A program made the translations under genes and the position numbers. 64,000 bases of DNA from Escherichia phage alia. The notes under the pieces were generated by a model. The model was not told the DNA's origin. It was given only the letters and a program-made list of their open reading frames with translations, and did not search any database. Location: sequence record NC_052655.1; one strand, written 5' to 3'. Shown here piece by piece: positions 45,475 through 54,318 of the stretch (the first letter of the stretch is position 1; every line of letters starts with the position of its first letter).

Positions 45475-46147
45475 ATTTTTGAGCCTCCTCATAAGAGATA
45501 AAAGTTTTACCATTGCGAAGATCCTCCAGGGATTGTTTATATTGTTCCCAGTTTACACCAATCCCCTGTTCTTTCTCTTCTTTTGACAGATTCGCAAAAG
45601 GTAAAGGATTGTCTCCAAATACATCATCAGGATGGATAAACGCCATAATTCGAATAGGACATGGCACGCCTTGAATACCTCGGTTCAAACCTGCCAGTGG
45701 AACGCGATGAATCCACTCTGCATCTTCATATCCATAACCGTGGGTGTATGAGCGGAAATAGCCAGCTTTCTCAATAACTGCACGGGAATACATACCAAAC
45801 TGGCACATACCTAGTTCCCAAATAACCACTTCCCCTTCAATACCTTTTACTTTATCTTTAAAGTATTCAGGCATACCAAAGAAATCCCAACCATTTTCCT
45901 TCGCCTGTTTTACAAAATATGTTTCCCAACCTTGAACAACAGGATAGCAATCATCATCAAAAATAAACCAGTAATCATACCCTTCATCATAAAACTTTTT
46001 CATCAGTTCATTACGAGCATATGCAACACCTTTTCGCTCCCGATCATACTGCACAACAAAAGTAGCATTAGGATCAGTCACAAGATAATCTTTAAGAGGA
46101 CGCTTACCTACAGTAATAACACCAACACCAATTTTTGTATTTTCCAA
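45461..46147 (-). CDS. glycosyltransferase (GT-A-like, DxD motif)
   Basis: 228 aa; TTG start after AAGGAG; DxD-containing FIFDDDCYP. Confidence 0.55.
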   Translation of the reverse strand: MENTKIGVGVITVGKRPLKDYLVTDPNATFVVQYDRERKGVAYARNELMKKFYDEGYDYWFIFDDDCYPVVQGWETYFVKQAKENGWDFFGMPEYFKDKVKGIEGEVVIWELGMCQFGMYSRAVIEKAGYFRSYTHGYGYEDAEWIHRVPLAGLNRGIQGVPCPIRIMAFIHPDDVFGDNPLPFANLSKEEKEQGIGVNWEQYKQSLEDLRNGKTFISYEEAQKYGKS

Positions 46148-46156
46148 AATAACTCC

Positions 46157-46720
46157 TTAAATAATTTTATTCATGTCTTGACAATGTAAAAGGTGTGAAA
46201 TAGCTTTTCTAGGATCATCATTACCTAAACGGTATGTGTGAAATAAATATAACCCACGTAGTAAACCTAGCCTTTTATTGTTAGCGTGCAATGCTTTAGA
46301 GAAAATTATATCAAACTGTATTGATCTTTCCTCAAAAGGGATTTCATTCCACAGACTCTTACGAAAGAGAAGAAAGAATCCTGCTAAGATAGCATCTGTA
46401 GGTACTTCCTCTATTGAGTTTCCCCATTCTAGATGTGCTCTTTTTGCAATCTCAATGTGGTGTAATATATTTGGATCTTCACTTCTTTCATTATTAAATA
46501 ATTGATATGTTGATCCCAATCTATTACAAGATGCACCAAGAACATCAAAATCAGGATTTGAACGGACTATTGATTCCAGCCAAGCAGGTTGTTCTGGAAG
46601 AAGAAACATTGTATCAATGTCTCTTAGGCAAATCCAACTATCTTCTGGTAAAACACTTATTGTGTCATTGATACCTTTTCCAATATCTCCAGAAAGATAG
46701 GGAGTTATGTGAAATATCAT
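46157..46720 (-). CDS. putative glycosyltransferase (GT-A-like)
   Basis: 187 aa; GGAGGGAG SD; LRDIDTMF DxD-like motif. Weaker assignment. Confidence 0.4.
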   Translation of the reverse strand: MIFHITPYLSGDIGKGINDTISVLPEDSWICLRDIDTMFLLPEQPAWLESIVRSNPDFDVLGASCNRLGSTYQLFNNERSEDPNILHHIEIAKRAHLEWGNSIEEVPTDAILAGFFLLFRKSLWNEIPFEERSIQFDIIFSKALHANNKRLGLLRGLYLFHTYRLGNDDPRKAISHLLHCQDMNKII

Positions 46721-46777
46721 ACTCCCTCCGTATTATTACTTTAGCATTTTTAGACTAAAAAGTCCAAATGGTTTTAC

Positions 46778-46972
46778 CTATTGATTACGTTTTGCGAGTT
46801 CCATTTGGATAGCTAAACTGTGATCTCGTGCTTCCATATACTCTTTATATGTTTCATTAAGATGATCACGACAAACATCACGCAGTTTAATCAGTTTATC
46901 TGTAGGGATACCACTAAGATCATCCCAAGATTTTACAACTTCACCAGTATCATTGATCCCAATGGTTTTCAT
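46778..46972 (-). CDS. hypothetical protein
   Basis: 64 aa with AAGGAGG SD. Confidence 0.5.
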   Translation of the reverse strand: MKTIGINDTGEVVKSWDDLSGIPTDKLIKLRDVCRDHLNETYKEYMEARDHSLAIQMELAKRNQ

Positions 46973-47180
46973 CTACAACCTCCTTAATTGCTACAGCACA
47001 GTTTTTGCAGATACACTGCCCTTTACCTTTAGAAATCTGGATGTAAGGTTCATTTTCATTTTCGCCCTTACGTGAGTCATATATTACAGAATTGAAGCAC
47101 ACAACGCAAATATTTTTTAAGATTGTATACTTATCAACTTTCTTTTTTGTTTTAAAGTTAACTTCAATAACATCAGCCAT
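46950..47180 (-). CDS. hypothetical zinc-ribbon protein
   Basis: ATG at 47180 overlaps the upstream stop (ATGA); two Cys pairs (CVVC ... CICKNC). The track start at 47228 is also possible. Confidence 0.45.
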   Translation of the reverse strand: MADVIEVNFKTKKKVDKYTILKNICVVCFNSVIYDSRKGENENEPYIQISKGKGQCICKNCAVAIKEVVDENHWDQ

Positions 47181-47458
47181 CAGTGTAACACTCCCAGTAT
47201 GTTGCTTTGTGACATAACCATAGAACATTCAACATTATCGTGACTACGTGAAAAACGTTCCCAAACATCTTCATCGACTCGTAAAGCTATACAAGGATAG
47301 ACGTTATCATTGATCATTTCAATTGAATAAACATCCACATTGTCTTCGTCTTCGATGAACATCATTGCAAACTGTTCTAAATGTTTCCTAATGTAATGTA
47401 CATCCTCTTCTGTAAGACCAATAACAAGATAACTTGCAACGATAACGCCATCTTTCAT
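47180..47458 (-). CDS. hypothetical protein
   Basis: 92 aa ORF. Confidence 0.5.
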   Translation of the reverse strand: MKDGVIVASYLVIGLTEEDVHYIRKHLEQFAMMFIEDEDNVDVYSIEMINDNVYPCIALRVDEDVWERFSRSHDNVECSMVMSQSNILGVLH

Positions 47459-47468
47459 CTATATCTCC

Positions 47469-47978
47469 TTAGCGATAGAATTGATGTTCTTTGTAGCGGT
47501 ACACTAGAACCATATCTTTTTCCCAGTGTGCTCTTATTGTAGATTTTTTAAAGTATAATGCTCCTTTTGTAATATCTAATGCAATTCGTAATTCTGGAAA
47601 ATGCGTATCGAGATAAAGTAGACGTTCTGCTATAGCCTTAGCTTCCTTCCACTTATCACGTTCCATAACGTTGAATGTCTTTGTGTAAGAGAATTGTCCT
47701 TTTTGAAACAAAACTTCTTTTATAGTATCAGGGAAATATGAATCTCTAGCCCTATTCAATACTACATTACCAACAGCAGACATACCGCGCTTTCCTTGAT
47801 TACGACTTTCTGCATAGATTGCACAAGCTAATAGATTTTCTTTACTATCACGCTTTGTACACTTGTGAACTACTTTAGCAGTTTTTACGTTTGCAGCTTC
47901 GGCTTGCGCCACGACAGGTGTAAATGTAAAAGCAGTTAAGGATAGTAACGCAATTGCGACAAAGGTTTTTATTGACAA
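47469..47978 (-). CDS. secreted cell-wall hydrolase (SleB-like), endolysin candidate with signal peptide
   Basis: TTG start 5 nt after AGGAGG. N-terminal signal peptide (MSIKTFVAIALLSLTAFTFTPVVAQA); motif CAIYAESRNQGKRGMSAVGNVVLNR resembles the SleB-type cell-wall hydrolase family. Confidence 0.6.
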   Translation of the reverse strand: MSIKTFVAIALLSLTAFTFTPVVAQAEAANVKTAKVVHKCTKRDSKENLLACAIYAESRNQGKRGMSAVGNVVLNRARDSYFPDTIKEVLFQKGQFSYTKTFNVMERDKWKEAKAIAERLLYLDTHFPELRIALDITKGALYFKKSTIRAHWEKDMVLVYRYKEHQFYR

Positions 47979-48071
47979 ACTTGCCTCCTATTTTGTTAAA
48001 CGAACTTTTATTGTAACACAGAAGAGGCTGTTTTGCAAGTGGAGGGGGGATAATCCCCCTCTTACACCCTG

Positions 48072-48674
48072 TTAGATGTTGTAAACCTTCGTATGAGTTA
48101 CTACACCATCTTCTACAAAATCAATACGTTCTTGATCCGTAACTAGTGCAGACAACACTTTAAATTTAATTGTTACACGTTCAAAAGCTGGTTGACCATC
48201 TTTAAGATAATTATGTTCAGTTGTTACTGTCTTGTTTACAAAATCAACTTTCGCTTTACCGTTTTCGCGCAAGTGGAATGTTTTTCCTGCTTTATACACA
48301 ATTTCAACATTACCTTCGAGAGTAATTCCTTCAAAAAGTTCGCCCTCTTCTTCATTTTCTTCACTTTTGAACAGACGACGAAACTCTTCCATATCAAGAT
48401 AAACAACATCTTCAGAATAACTATCAGTAAGGTATGTCTTACCATCCATTAACCCGAAATATTGCCAGATCGCAGAATAAACATCACTAGTTGATCCAAG
48501 GGTATCTCTGAGTTTAGTTCCACGGATTACTTCATAAACTTCAAAATTGAAACCAGACTGCAAAGCATTAAACAGTACATCACTAACTTCTAAAGCATAA
48601 TCTTCATTGTTGTCAATATCCACAAGAAAATTGCCGCTACGAATAAGTTTTTGACCTTCTAAAGTAATACTCAT
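48072..48674 (-). CDS. hypothetical protein
   Basis: 200 aa with GAGGAGAAA SD. Confidence 0.55.
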   Translation of the reverse strand: MSITLEGQKLIRSGNFLVDIDNNEDYALEVSDVLFNALQSGFNFEVYEVIRGTKLRDTLGSTSDVYSAIWQYFGLMDGKTYLTDSYSEDVVYLDMEEFRRLFKSEENEEEGELFEGITLEGNVEIVYKAGKTFHLRENGKAKVDFVNKTVTTEHNYLKDGQPAFERVTIKFKVLSALVTDQERIDFVEDGVVTHTKVYNI

Positions 48675-48702
48675 TGTTTTCTCCTCTTCTATTTAAAATA
48701 TG

Positions 48703-48718
48703 CGCCCCGAAGGGCGCT
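48703..48718 (-). terminator. intrinsic terminator after terD-like gene (UUCG loop on minus strand)
   Basis: GCGCCC-CGAA-GGGCGC on the plus strand; on the minus strand it is followed by TATTTTAAAT. Confidence 0.55.
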
Positions 48719-48726
48719 ATGATTTA

Positions 48727-49323
48727 TTACTCGAACCAATCGTCGCCAGCGCCAAACGCTTTAACTACATCATAAATGTCAAGTCCAGCTTTACCTACAC
48801 CATATGCTTTCAGTTTCCATTCGTTATCTTCCCGCACCAGGGAGGCAACGTGGCAAATGGTATTACCTGCAAGTTCTGGAGCCAAGAAGTCAAAGTCCAG
48901 CAGTTCAACGTTACGTTCATCATCGAAGATTTTAAGGAAACCTTCGGTAGCGTGACCAAGGCGTTTCTTACCCGTTTCGTCATCAATAGTAATTACGAAT
49001 GCAATTTCCTGTGCTTCAGCAGAGATATTATCCAGTGTAACATCAATCTGCTCCATTTGCCCTACACCGTCACGAACATCTTCACCTGCAAAAGTAGAAC
49101 GTTCAGGATCAAATTTCTGTGCGTAGCATACCAGGTGGCGAGGAGACAACAGTTCCGGCAGACCAGATGCATTGTGTCGGCAAATCAGAGCACTAACATC
49201 CAGATCCAGTTTTTCGTTAGATTTCCAAGAGAATTCCAGACGAATGCGTTTCAGTGCTGGTGCAATCTTTTTCAGAGAAACTTTTTCGCTAGAACCTTTT
49301 TTCAGGGAAATTTTCTGAGTCAT
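48727..49323 (-). CDS. terD: TerD-family protein
   Basis: 198 aa; AAGGAGG SD. Hallmarks KISLKKGSSEKVSLKK, LDLDVSALI, IAFVITIDD and NEWKLKAYGVGKAGL align with TerD as I recall it. Confidence 0.8.
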   Translation of the reverse strand: MTQKISLKKGSSEKVSLKKIAPALKRIRLEFSWKSNEKLDLDVSALICRHNASGLPELLSPRHLVCYAQKFDPERSTFAGEDVRDGVGQMEQIDVTLDNISAEAQEIAFVITIDDETGKKRLGHATEGFLKIFDDERNVELLDFDFLAPELAGNTICHVASLVREDNEWKLKAYGVGKAGLDIYDVVKAFGAGDDWFE

Positions 49324-49360
49324 AATTTATTACCTCCTTTGTTGTTAATTTACGTTGTCT

Positions 49361-49388
49361 ATTTTACTAATCTTTTCTACAAAGTCAA
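49361..49388 (-). promoter_or_regulatory. sigma70-like promoter candidate (minus strand) upstream of terD-like gene
   Basis: On the minus strand: TTGACT (plus 49383-49388), 16-nt spacer, TAAAAT (plus 49361-49366). Confidence 0.3.
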
Positions 49389-49395
49389 GCGTTTT

Positions 49396-50190
49396 TTACG
49401 CTTTTGCTCCAAATTTTTTAACCCACTCGCCAAACTCTTCAGATAGCAGTTTATCGTAAAGTTCTTCGTCAGACAAGGACAAATCTGCAATACCGATAAA
49501 ATCAACATTATCGTATTCTTTTGCCAAGTCTTTCAGGAATTTAAAGTTTGCATTACCTACACCGACCATAAACCAGTAAACAGGAGTGTTGCGGTGTTTG
49601 TTCAGCAAACTACGTACTGCTGAAGTATCCATGTTCTCCCCGTCAGTTTGGAAGAAAATCATTGCAGGAGTACGATCAACTTGTGCATCAGTATCTACAA
49701 CCTGTTCTATAACAGTACGTGTAACTTCTACAAGTTCTTTTTTACCAGTTAGTTTAGCAAGGAAACCCTTAGCCGGAACTTCTTCATACTCAACGACTTG
49801 GCGTGTAATATTTTTCATAGGTACACTACCGAAGTATGTATCATAGATCTCTTGCATTACTGGAGCATAAGCAGTACCACCATTGATGCAAACATTAGAC
49901 ATACAAGAGCCGACATAATCATCATATACATCAGCCGTTGCAGGAGGCAGTTCAAAAGAAGAACTATTGAAAGCCCACATGTCAATCTGTGCATTATCAT
50001 CAAACTTCATACCAAACGGCAGCAGCTTACCTACAAAATCACTAACAGTGCCATCACGATACAGCTCACACATACTACCCGAAATATCTAAGGCGCTTCC
50101 GACACGAAGAACAACATCGTTAATCTTTTTCTTACGCAGAGATACGGTAAGAGTTTCTTGACGTTTTTTAAGACTGATTTTATTGGACAT
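49396..50190 (-). CDS. von Willebrand factor A (vWA) domain protein (TerY-like)
   Basis: 264 aa; AAGGAGAAA SD. MIDAS-type motif DISGSM and downstream FFQTDGE; N-terminus has a TerD-like ISLKK motif. Confidence 0.65.
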   Translation of the reverse strand: MSNKISLKKRQETLTVSLRKKKINDVVLRVGSALDISGSMCELYRDGTVSDFVGKLLPFGMKFDDNAQIDMWAFNSSSFELPPATADVYDDYVGSCMSNVCINGGTAYAPVMQEIYDTYFGSVPMKNITRQVVEYEEVPAKGFLAKLTGKKELVEVTRTVIEQVVDTDAQVDRTPAMIFFQTDGENMDTSAVRSLLNKHRNTPVYWFMVGVGNANFKFLKDLAKEYDNVDFIGIADLSLSDEELYDKLLSEEFGEWVKKFGAKA

Positions 50191-50191
50191 A

Positions 50192-50461
50192 TTATTTCTC
50201 CTTTCTGAGTGTAATGTTAGTAACTTCTAAATCCACTTCTACCATTTCTGTATCATATGAAATACAGCTAAGTTGACCTCTTTGTGAACCGTTCAGACAC
50301 ATTGCTTGGTTTGTATTAACTTTAATAAACACTAAGTTTCTGAACGTATCTAAACCAGAATCTTGATACGCAACATAATATACAAATGTATCACCTGCAT
50401 CAAGTTCTCCAAAACATTTAGGTTCATCTGATTCGTCGTCTTTGATATTAAATTTAAGCAC
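50192..50461 (-). CDS. hypothetical protein
   Basis: 89 aa; GTG start after AAGGAGAAG; stop is 1 nt before the vWA start. Confidence 0.5.
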   Translation of the reverse strand: MLKFNIKDDESDEPKCFGELDAGDTFVYYVAYQDSGLDTFRNLVFIKVNTNQAMCLNGSQRGQLSCISYDTEMVEVDLEVTNITLRKEK

Positions 50462-51017
50462 TATCTTCTCCTTTACCTGCTCTCAAGCCTAAATAGAAAG
50501 CCTCTCTGGTGATCTTTTGCAACTCGTTTAAAGAGATAGTTACAACTAAATCATCTTCAATTTCTAGCTTTGAGTCTTCTTCTGTCTCAATGCAAGTATT
50601 ATGCACTTTGTGGTAAGGATTGTCAACACGTTTAAATTTATTATTTTCAGTGCTGAAGAAGCAATCTGGATCTTCTTCCCCATCACCCCAACCCTGGTTA
50701 GGATCTTCTTCAGATCTTTCTGTTGGGATCTCGCCTGTAAAGTGCTCTTCTAATACCAGAGCAATCCCATCTCCAAGATCGGAAGAGAACATCAAATTAC
50801 AAACTTCTTCCCAAGGCATAGACCACTTAAATCTTTTACGATTGCCATGTTTATCTTCTTCGTTAGAGAAAACACTACCATAGCTATCATAATTCCCATA
50901 CATCTCTTCGATAACCTTACCACCTTTCAAAAGAAATAGGTAGCAAGGAGAGCCATCGAAAGAGGTAGAAAGAGCAGCATTACCAGACTCTTTGCACAAG
51001 AAACTAAAACATCCCAT
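50454..51017 (-). CDS. hypothetical acidic protein
   Basis: 187 aa ORF coupled to its neighbours. Confidence 0.5.
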   Translation of the reverse strand: MGCFSFLCKESGNAALSTSFDGSPCYLFLLKGGKVIEEMYGNYDSYGSVFSNEEDKHGNRKRFKWSMPWEEVCNLMFSSDLGDGIALVLEEHFTGEIPTERSEEDPNQGWGDGEEDPDCFFSTENNKFKRVDNPYHKVHNTCIETEEDSKLEIEDDLVVTISLNELQKITREAFYLGLRAGKGEDSA

Positions 51018-51217
51018 TATACACCAGCCTTAAGATCAATTATAGCCAAAGTTGTTTCAGAGTGTGTTTGCTCGTCTACAGGTGCAGTCATATGATAATA
51101 CAAAAAGTCTTCGGCATCATACCAATCTGACTCTTGACCTTGTTTCCAACCATCAATGAAAGCATCTTCCATAATGGTTTGTAACTCTTCACGAGTTAAG
51201 TGAATATCTTTACTCAT
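51017..51217 (-). CDS. hypothetical protein
   Basis: 66 aa ORF coupled to its neighbours. Confidence 0.45.
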   Translation of the reverse strand: MSKDIHLTREELQTIMEDAFIDGWKQGQESDWYDAEDFLYYHMTAPVDEQTHSETTLAIIDLKAGV

Positions 51218-51450
51218 TACACATTCTCCTCTTTTACCAATTCCATCGTTGAACTATCAAAACCATCTTTAGAAGAATAGGTATAGACAGAACGTAGTTC
51301 TCGCAGGACAGTGAATACATTAGGATCATCTAACCAAGCATCCTGGAGGAGAACATAACGATCTTCATTGTCGTACTGGACGGCAATCATAGAACCAGAC
51401 AGTTTGTAAATTTTAATATTCATAATATATTTCTCCTTAAAGTAGACCAC
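51217..51450 (-). CDS. hypothetical protein
   Basis: 77 aa ORF coupled to its neighbours. Confidence 0.45.
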   Translation of the reverse strand: MVYFKEKYIMNIKIYKLSGSMIAVQYDNEDRYVLLQDAWLDDPNVFTVLRELRSVYTYSSKDGFDSSTMELVKEENV

Positions 51451-52540
51451 GTTTAACAGTTTGAATCATACCATCTTCAAGAGATTGTACTTCTTGGATG
51501 TAATCAATACGAGCAGCACGGGCTTCAGTATTGATTCGGTTAGTTTCTTCTAACATTTTAACTAAGTTTTCTTGATCGCGACGTAATGTTTCAATATCCA
51601 ATACTTGACGATTAGCAAGTTGTGTAGCTTCAATTTGGTTTTGTGCAGCCAGATCACTACCCATTGCAATAGCAGCATTAAATTCGTTCAGTACATTGTT
51701 CTGTGTATCTGCTGCTTTCTTCTGGCGTAGACTTTCAATATACATAGAAAAGTTTGCAGAGTAAGCAGGGATAACATTATTCACAATATTACGGGCTGAT
51801 CGCATCAAACTTGCAGATACTTTCTGCATACTTTGTACACGTGGCCCCATCTGAACACACAGTAAACGCAAGGCTTTCAGGTCTGCAATACGAATTTCAA
51901 GCAGATCCATAGTATCACGAGTACGTTGACGCTCTTCTACTTCATTTTCAGGTAGTGTATTAAGGCGAACTTCTTCTTTTTCATAAGTAGCTGTTAGAAG
52001 CTCTATATCCCTGTTTAAGCTAAGAGCATATTTTGCAATAGCCTCTTCTAAACGTTGCAGATATCGTAAAGAATCTTCTTCTTTTTTCAAGTCTGTTTGG
52101 AGTGTCTTTACCAAACCTTCAATACGATTATTGATGGTGTCAAATTCTCCAAACAAATCTTCTTTCATACCTAAAACTTTCTTAAATAGTTTACCTAAAC
52201 CTTTAGATTGTTTAATAGAATTAGGATCAAGTTGCTTTGCTTGCTTAATAAGTGCGGTTAAACGTTCACTCATTTCATCTCCCTGGGATGAACGCTGGTG
52301 TTTAAGCACTTCGGCATTAAGGTTACGAAGAGTAAGTCCTGCATCAGCACCAACTTGTTCAATCTCTTCACGAGACATTGGAGGCAGCATTTGTACAGGT
52401 CGTGCAACAGCAGGGGCATATACAGGGCTTGCATCCATAGCACTTGGAGCAAACAAAGACTTACTTTTTTCTGTTGTTGCCGTGAATACACTCATTTCAG
52501 ACGGTTTGCTTTTTACGGCACTGATAAAAGGACTGGACAT
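51437..52540 (-). CDS. TelA-like toxic-anion-resistance family protein (tentative)
   Basis: 367 aa, largely coiled-coil/helical; GGAGGAAA SD. Size, composition and adjacency to terD/terC-like genes suggest TelA/KlaA; no unique motif verified. Confidence 0.4.
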   Translation of the reverse strand: MSSPFISAVKSKPSEMSVFTATTEKSKSLFAPSAMDASPVYAPAVARPVQMLPPMSREEIEQVGADAGLTLRNLNAEVLKHQRSSQGDEMSERLTALIKQAKQLDPNSIKQSKGLGKLFKKVLGMKEDLFGEFDTINNRIEGLVKTLQTDLKKEEDSLRYLQRLEEAIAKYALSLNRDIELLTATYEKEEVRLNTLPENEVEERQRTRDTMDLLEIRIADLKALRLLCVQMGPRVQSMQKVSASLMRSARNIVNNVIPAYSANFSMYIESLRQKKAADTQNNVLNEFNAAIAMGSDLAAQNQIEATQLANRQVLDIETLRRDQENLVKMLEETNRINTEARAARIDYIQEVQSLEDGMIQTVKRGLL

Positions 52541-52608
52541 TCAATTTCCTCCATATTCTTTAGTAGATGGTGATACCTCTGTACCACCATCATAACACAA
52601 ATTAAGTA

Positions 52609-53460
52609 TTAAACAAACATATCTAAATAATTTGTAGTAATAAATGCTCCATCTGCTTCCAGATTAACATAACCAGTAGCATTAGTGGTTAAGAAATCCA
52701 GATCGAAGGACTCTTTAACACCCCGTACCTCAACACGAGAGATATCGAATACAGGTAGTGTAACAGCCTCTTCGTGCAATACCGTACCTTTGTAGGTTGC
52801 CTTAATGATAAACTTGATATTACCCGTTCCAGCATCATACAAAACACTTTCAAACCCTTTGAGAGTATACTTATCACCAGAAGTGAAGTGCAAAGTTGCT
52901 TTGTTTACAGTACGTTTCTTACGAGGAGTTCCTTTCACACGTTTATGATCACTACGTTTTTTGTACTTAGGAATGAATACAAACGATACACTATCAAGAA
53001 AGGTATCAACATCAAGGATTTTAATATCCTCTGTTGCAGCAAATTTTGAAGTCGTTGCATCAAAATGCTTTTCCCTGCGATCATACATAAAGATATCAAA
53101 ACGATCTTCTAAATCAAACAAATTATGTATCTTAATTTCAGAATGCTTGCACATTGCAGCAACCTTAAACTCTTCAAAACGTGGGTGTTCTACCAGTTCT
53201 TCAAGTTTTACACCAAAGACAGTATATGGCTTCGAAGTTTTTTCTGGCGTTGGCATTACAGAAGCATAATCACCGATTGCGCTTTTAAAGCAAAATTGTT
53301 CTTGACCTGTATTTTTACCAACGAATTTACAATATTCGTCATCGTGCATACTTTCTTTGGTAGTACCAACAAACTCAAAACCATCTTTATTCTTCTCAAG
53401 AATTTCTTGATTAAAGATCCAACCTTCCAGGCGATACACTTTACCAACTTCTAGTTTCAT
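52609..53460 (-). CDS. hypothetical protein
   Basis: 283 aa with AAGGAGAAA SD. Confidence 0.55.
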   Translation of the reverse strand: MKLEVGKVYRLEGWIFNQEILEKNKDGFEFVGTTKESMHDDEYCKFVGKNTGQEQFCFKSAIGDYASVMPTPEKTSKPYTVFGVKLEELVEHPRFEEFKVAAMCKHSEIKIHNLFDLEDRFDIFMYDRREKHFDATTSKFAATEDIKILDVDTFLDSVSFVFIPKYKKRSDHKRVKGTPRKKRTVNKATLHFTSGDKYTLKGFESVLYDAGTGNIKFIIKATYKGTVLHEEAVTLPVFDISRVEVRGVKESFDLDFLTTNATGYVNLEADGAFITTNYLDMFV

Positions 53461-53495
53461 CTGTTTCTCCTTCTTATTTAATCTGTATTAAATTA

Positions 53496-54086
53496 TTAAC
53501 GACGACGTGAGCTACTAAAACTACGTTTCGACGAAGAATAACTTTTCGAAGACTTACTATAAGAGCTAATAGGACTTGAGTAAGACTTACGAGCAGAGTA
53601 ATCACTATTCACTTTTGTTGTTGATGGGCGTGAATACGTTTGTACACTTTGCTGCTTAATTGTGTTTTGTTTAGTGGTTGTATATGTATTTACAGGTTTA
53701 TCATAAAAACTACGCTTTTGTGTTGTATATGATTTACTGTTAGTTGTAGGAGCAGCATTGTTATTAATAATGGTTGTGTTGCTACCACCATCTCTATAAC
53801 CACCACCGCCACTATTACCACTCAACATATGACCAAGAAGCATACCTGTAGCAAAGTCACCTACACCAGAAGAACCACTACCACCTCCTTGCACAACAAC
53901 TGTGGAAGGTTGTGCAGGTGCTGCTTGAACAACTTGAGGTGCAGGTTGATTTACATATTGTTCATCTACCATCTGATTTGGTGTTTGTTGGTAACGTTGA
54001 TTTTGTACATTTTCAGAATCATCACAACCTACCAGCAATGCACTACCTAAAACAACTGCAACAATAAAAGATTTAATGTTTTTCAT
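53496..54086 (-). CDS. lipoprotein with Ser/Thr/Tyr-rich low-complexity C-terminus
   Basis: ATG at 54086 preceded by GAGAGGG. Lipobox LLVGC after a hydrophobic signal sequence; Gly-rich tract; long S/T/K/Y-rich tail. Confidence 0.55.
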   Translation of the reverse strand: MKNIKSFIVAVVLGSALLVGCDDSENVQNQRYQQTPNQMVDEQYVNQPAPQVVQAAPAQPSTVVVQGGGSGSSGVGDFATGMLLGHMLSGNSGGGGYRDGGSNTTIINNNAAPTTNSKSYTTQKRSFYDKPVNTYTTTKQNTIKQQSVQTYSRPSTTKVNSDYSARKSYSSPISSYSKSSKSYSSSKRSFSSSRRR

Positions 54087-54279
54087 TTGTAACCCTCTCA
54101 TTTAAAGTCTCAACACAATTTTTAAAATCCCTAGAGAAACAATACATCTGTTCTCCGTTCCTGTTGATAGTAATTGTATGGTTATCAATATATGTTGTCA
54201 AGATAAAAATCAAACAAAATAACCCTAAAGCAAAACAAATATTTTCAAACAGAATCCAAAGAACACGTAAAACCACCAT
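54073..54279 (-). CDS. small hydrophobic membrane protein
   Basis: 68 aa; hydrophobic stretch VLRVLWILFENICFALGLFCLIFIL; overlaps the lipoprotein start by 14 nt. Confidence 0.4.
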   Translation of the reverse strand: MVVLRVLWILFENICFALGLFCLIFILTTYIDNHTITINRNGEQMYCFSRDFKNCVETLNERVTNEKH

Positions 54280-54293
54280 CAGATCACCTCAAC

Positions 54294-54309
54294 AAAGCCC
54301 CCGAAGGGG
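54294..54309 (-). terminator. hairpin after terC-like gene (UUCG loop on minus strand)
   Basis: AGCCCC-CGAA-GGGGCT on the plus strand, immediately downstream of the terC-like stop on the minus strand; U-tract weak. Confidence 0.4.
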
Positions 54310-54318
54310 CTTAATGAA

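Noticed and set aside
48040-48062. GC-rich hairpin (GAGGGGG ... CCCCCTC) between the endolysin gene and the 48072-48674 gene
   Set aside because: No adjacent U-tract on either strand, so it is not a convincing intrinsic terminator; possibly an RNA stability element.
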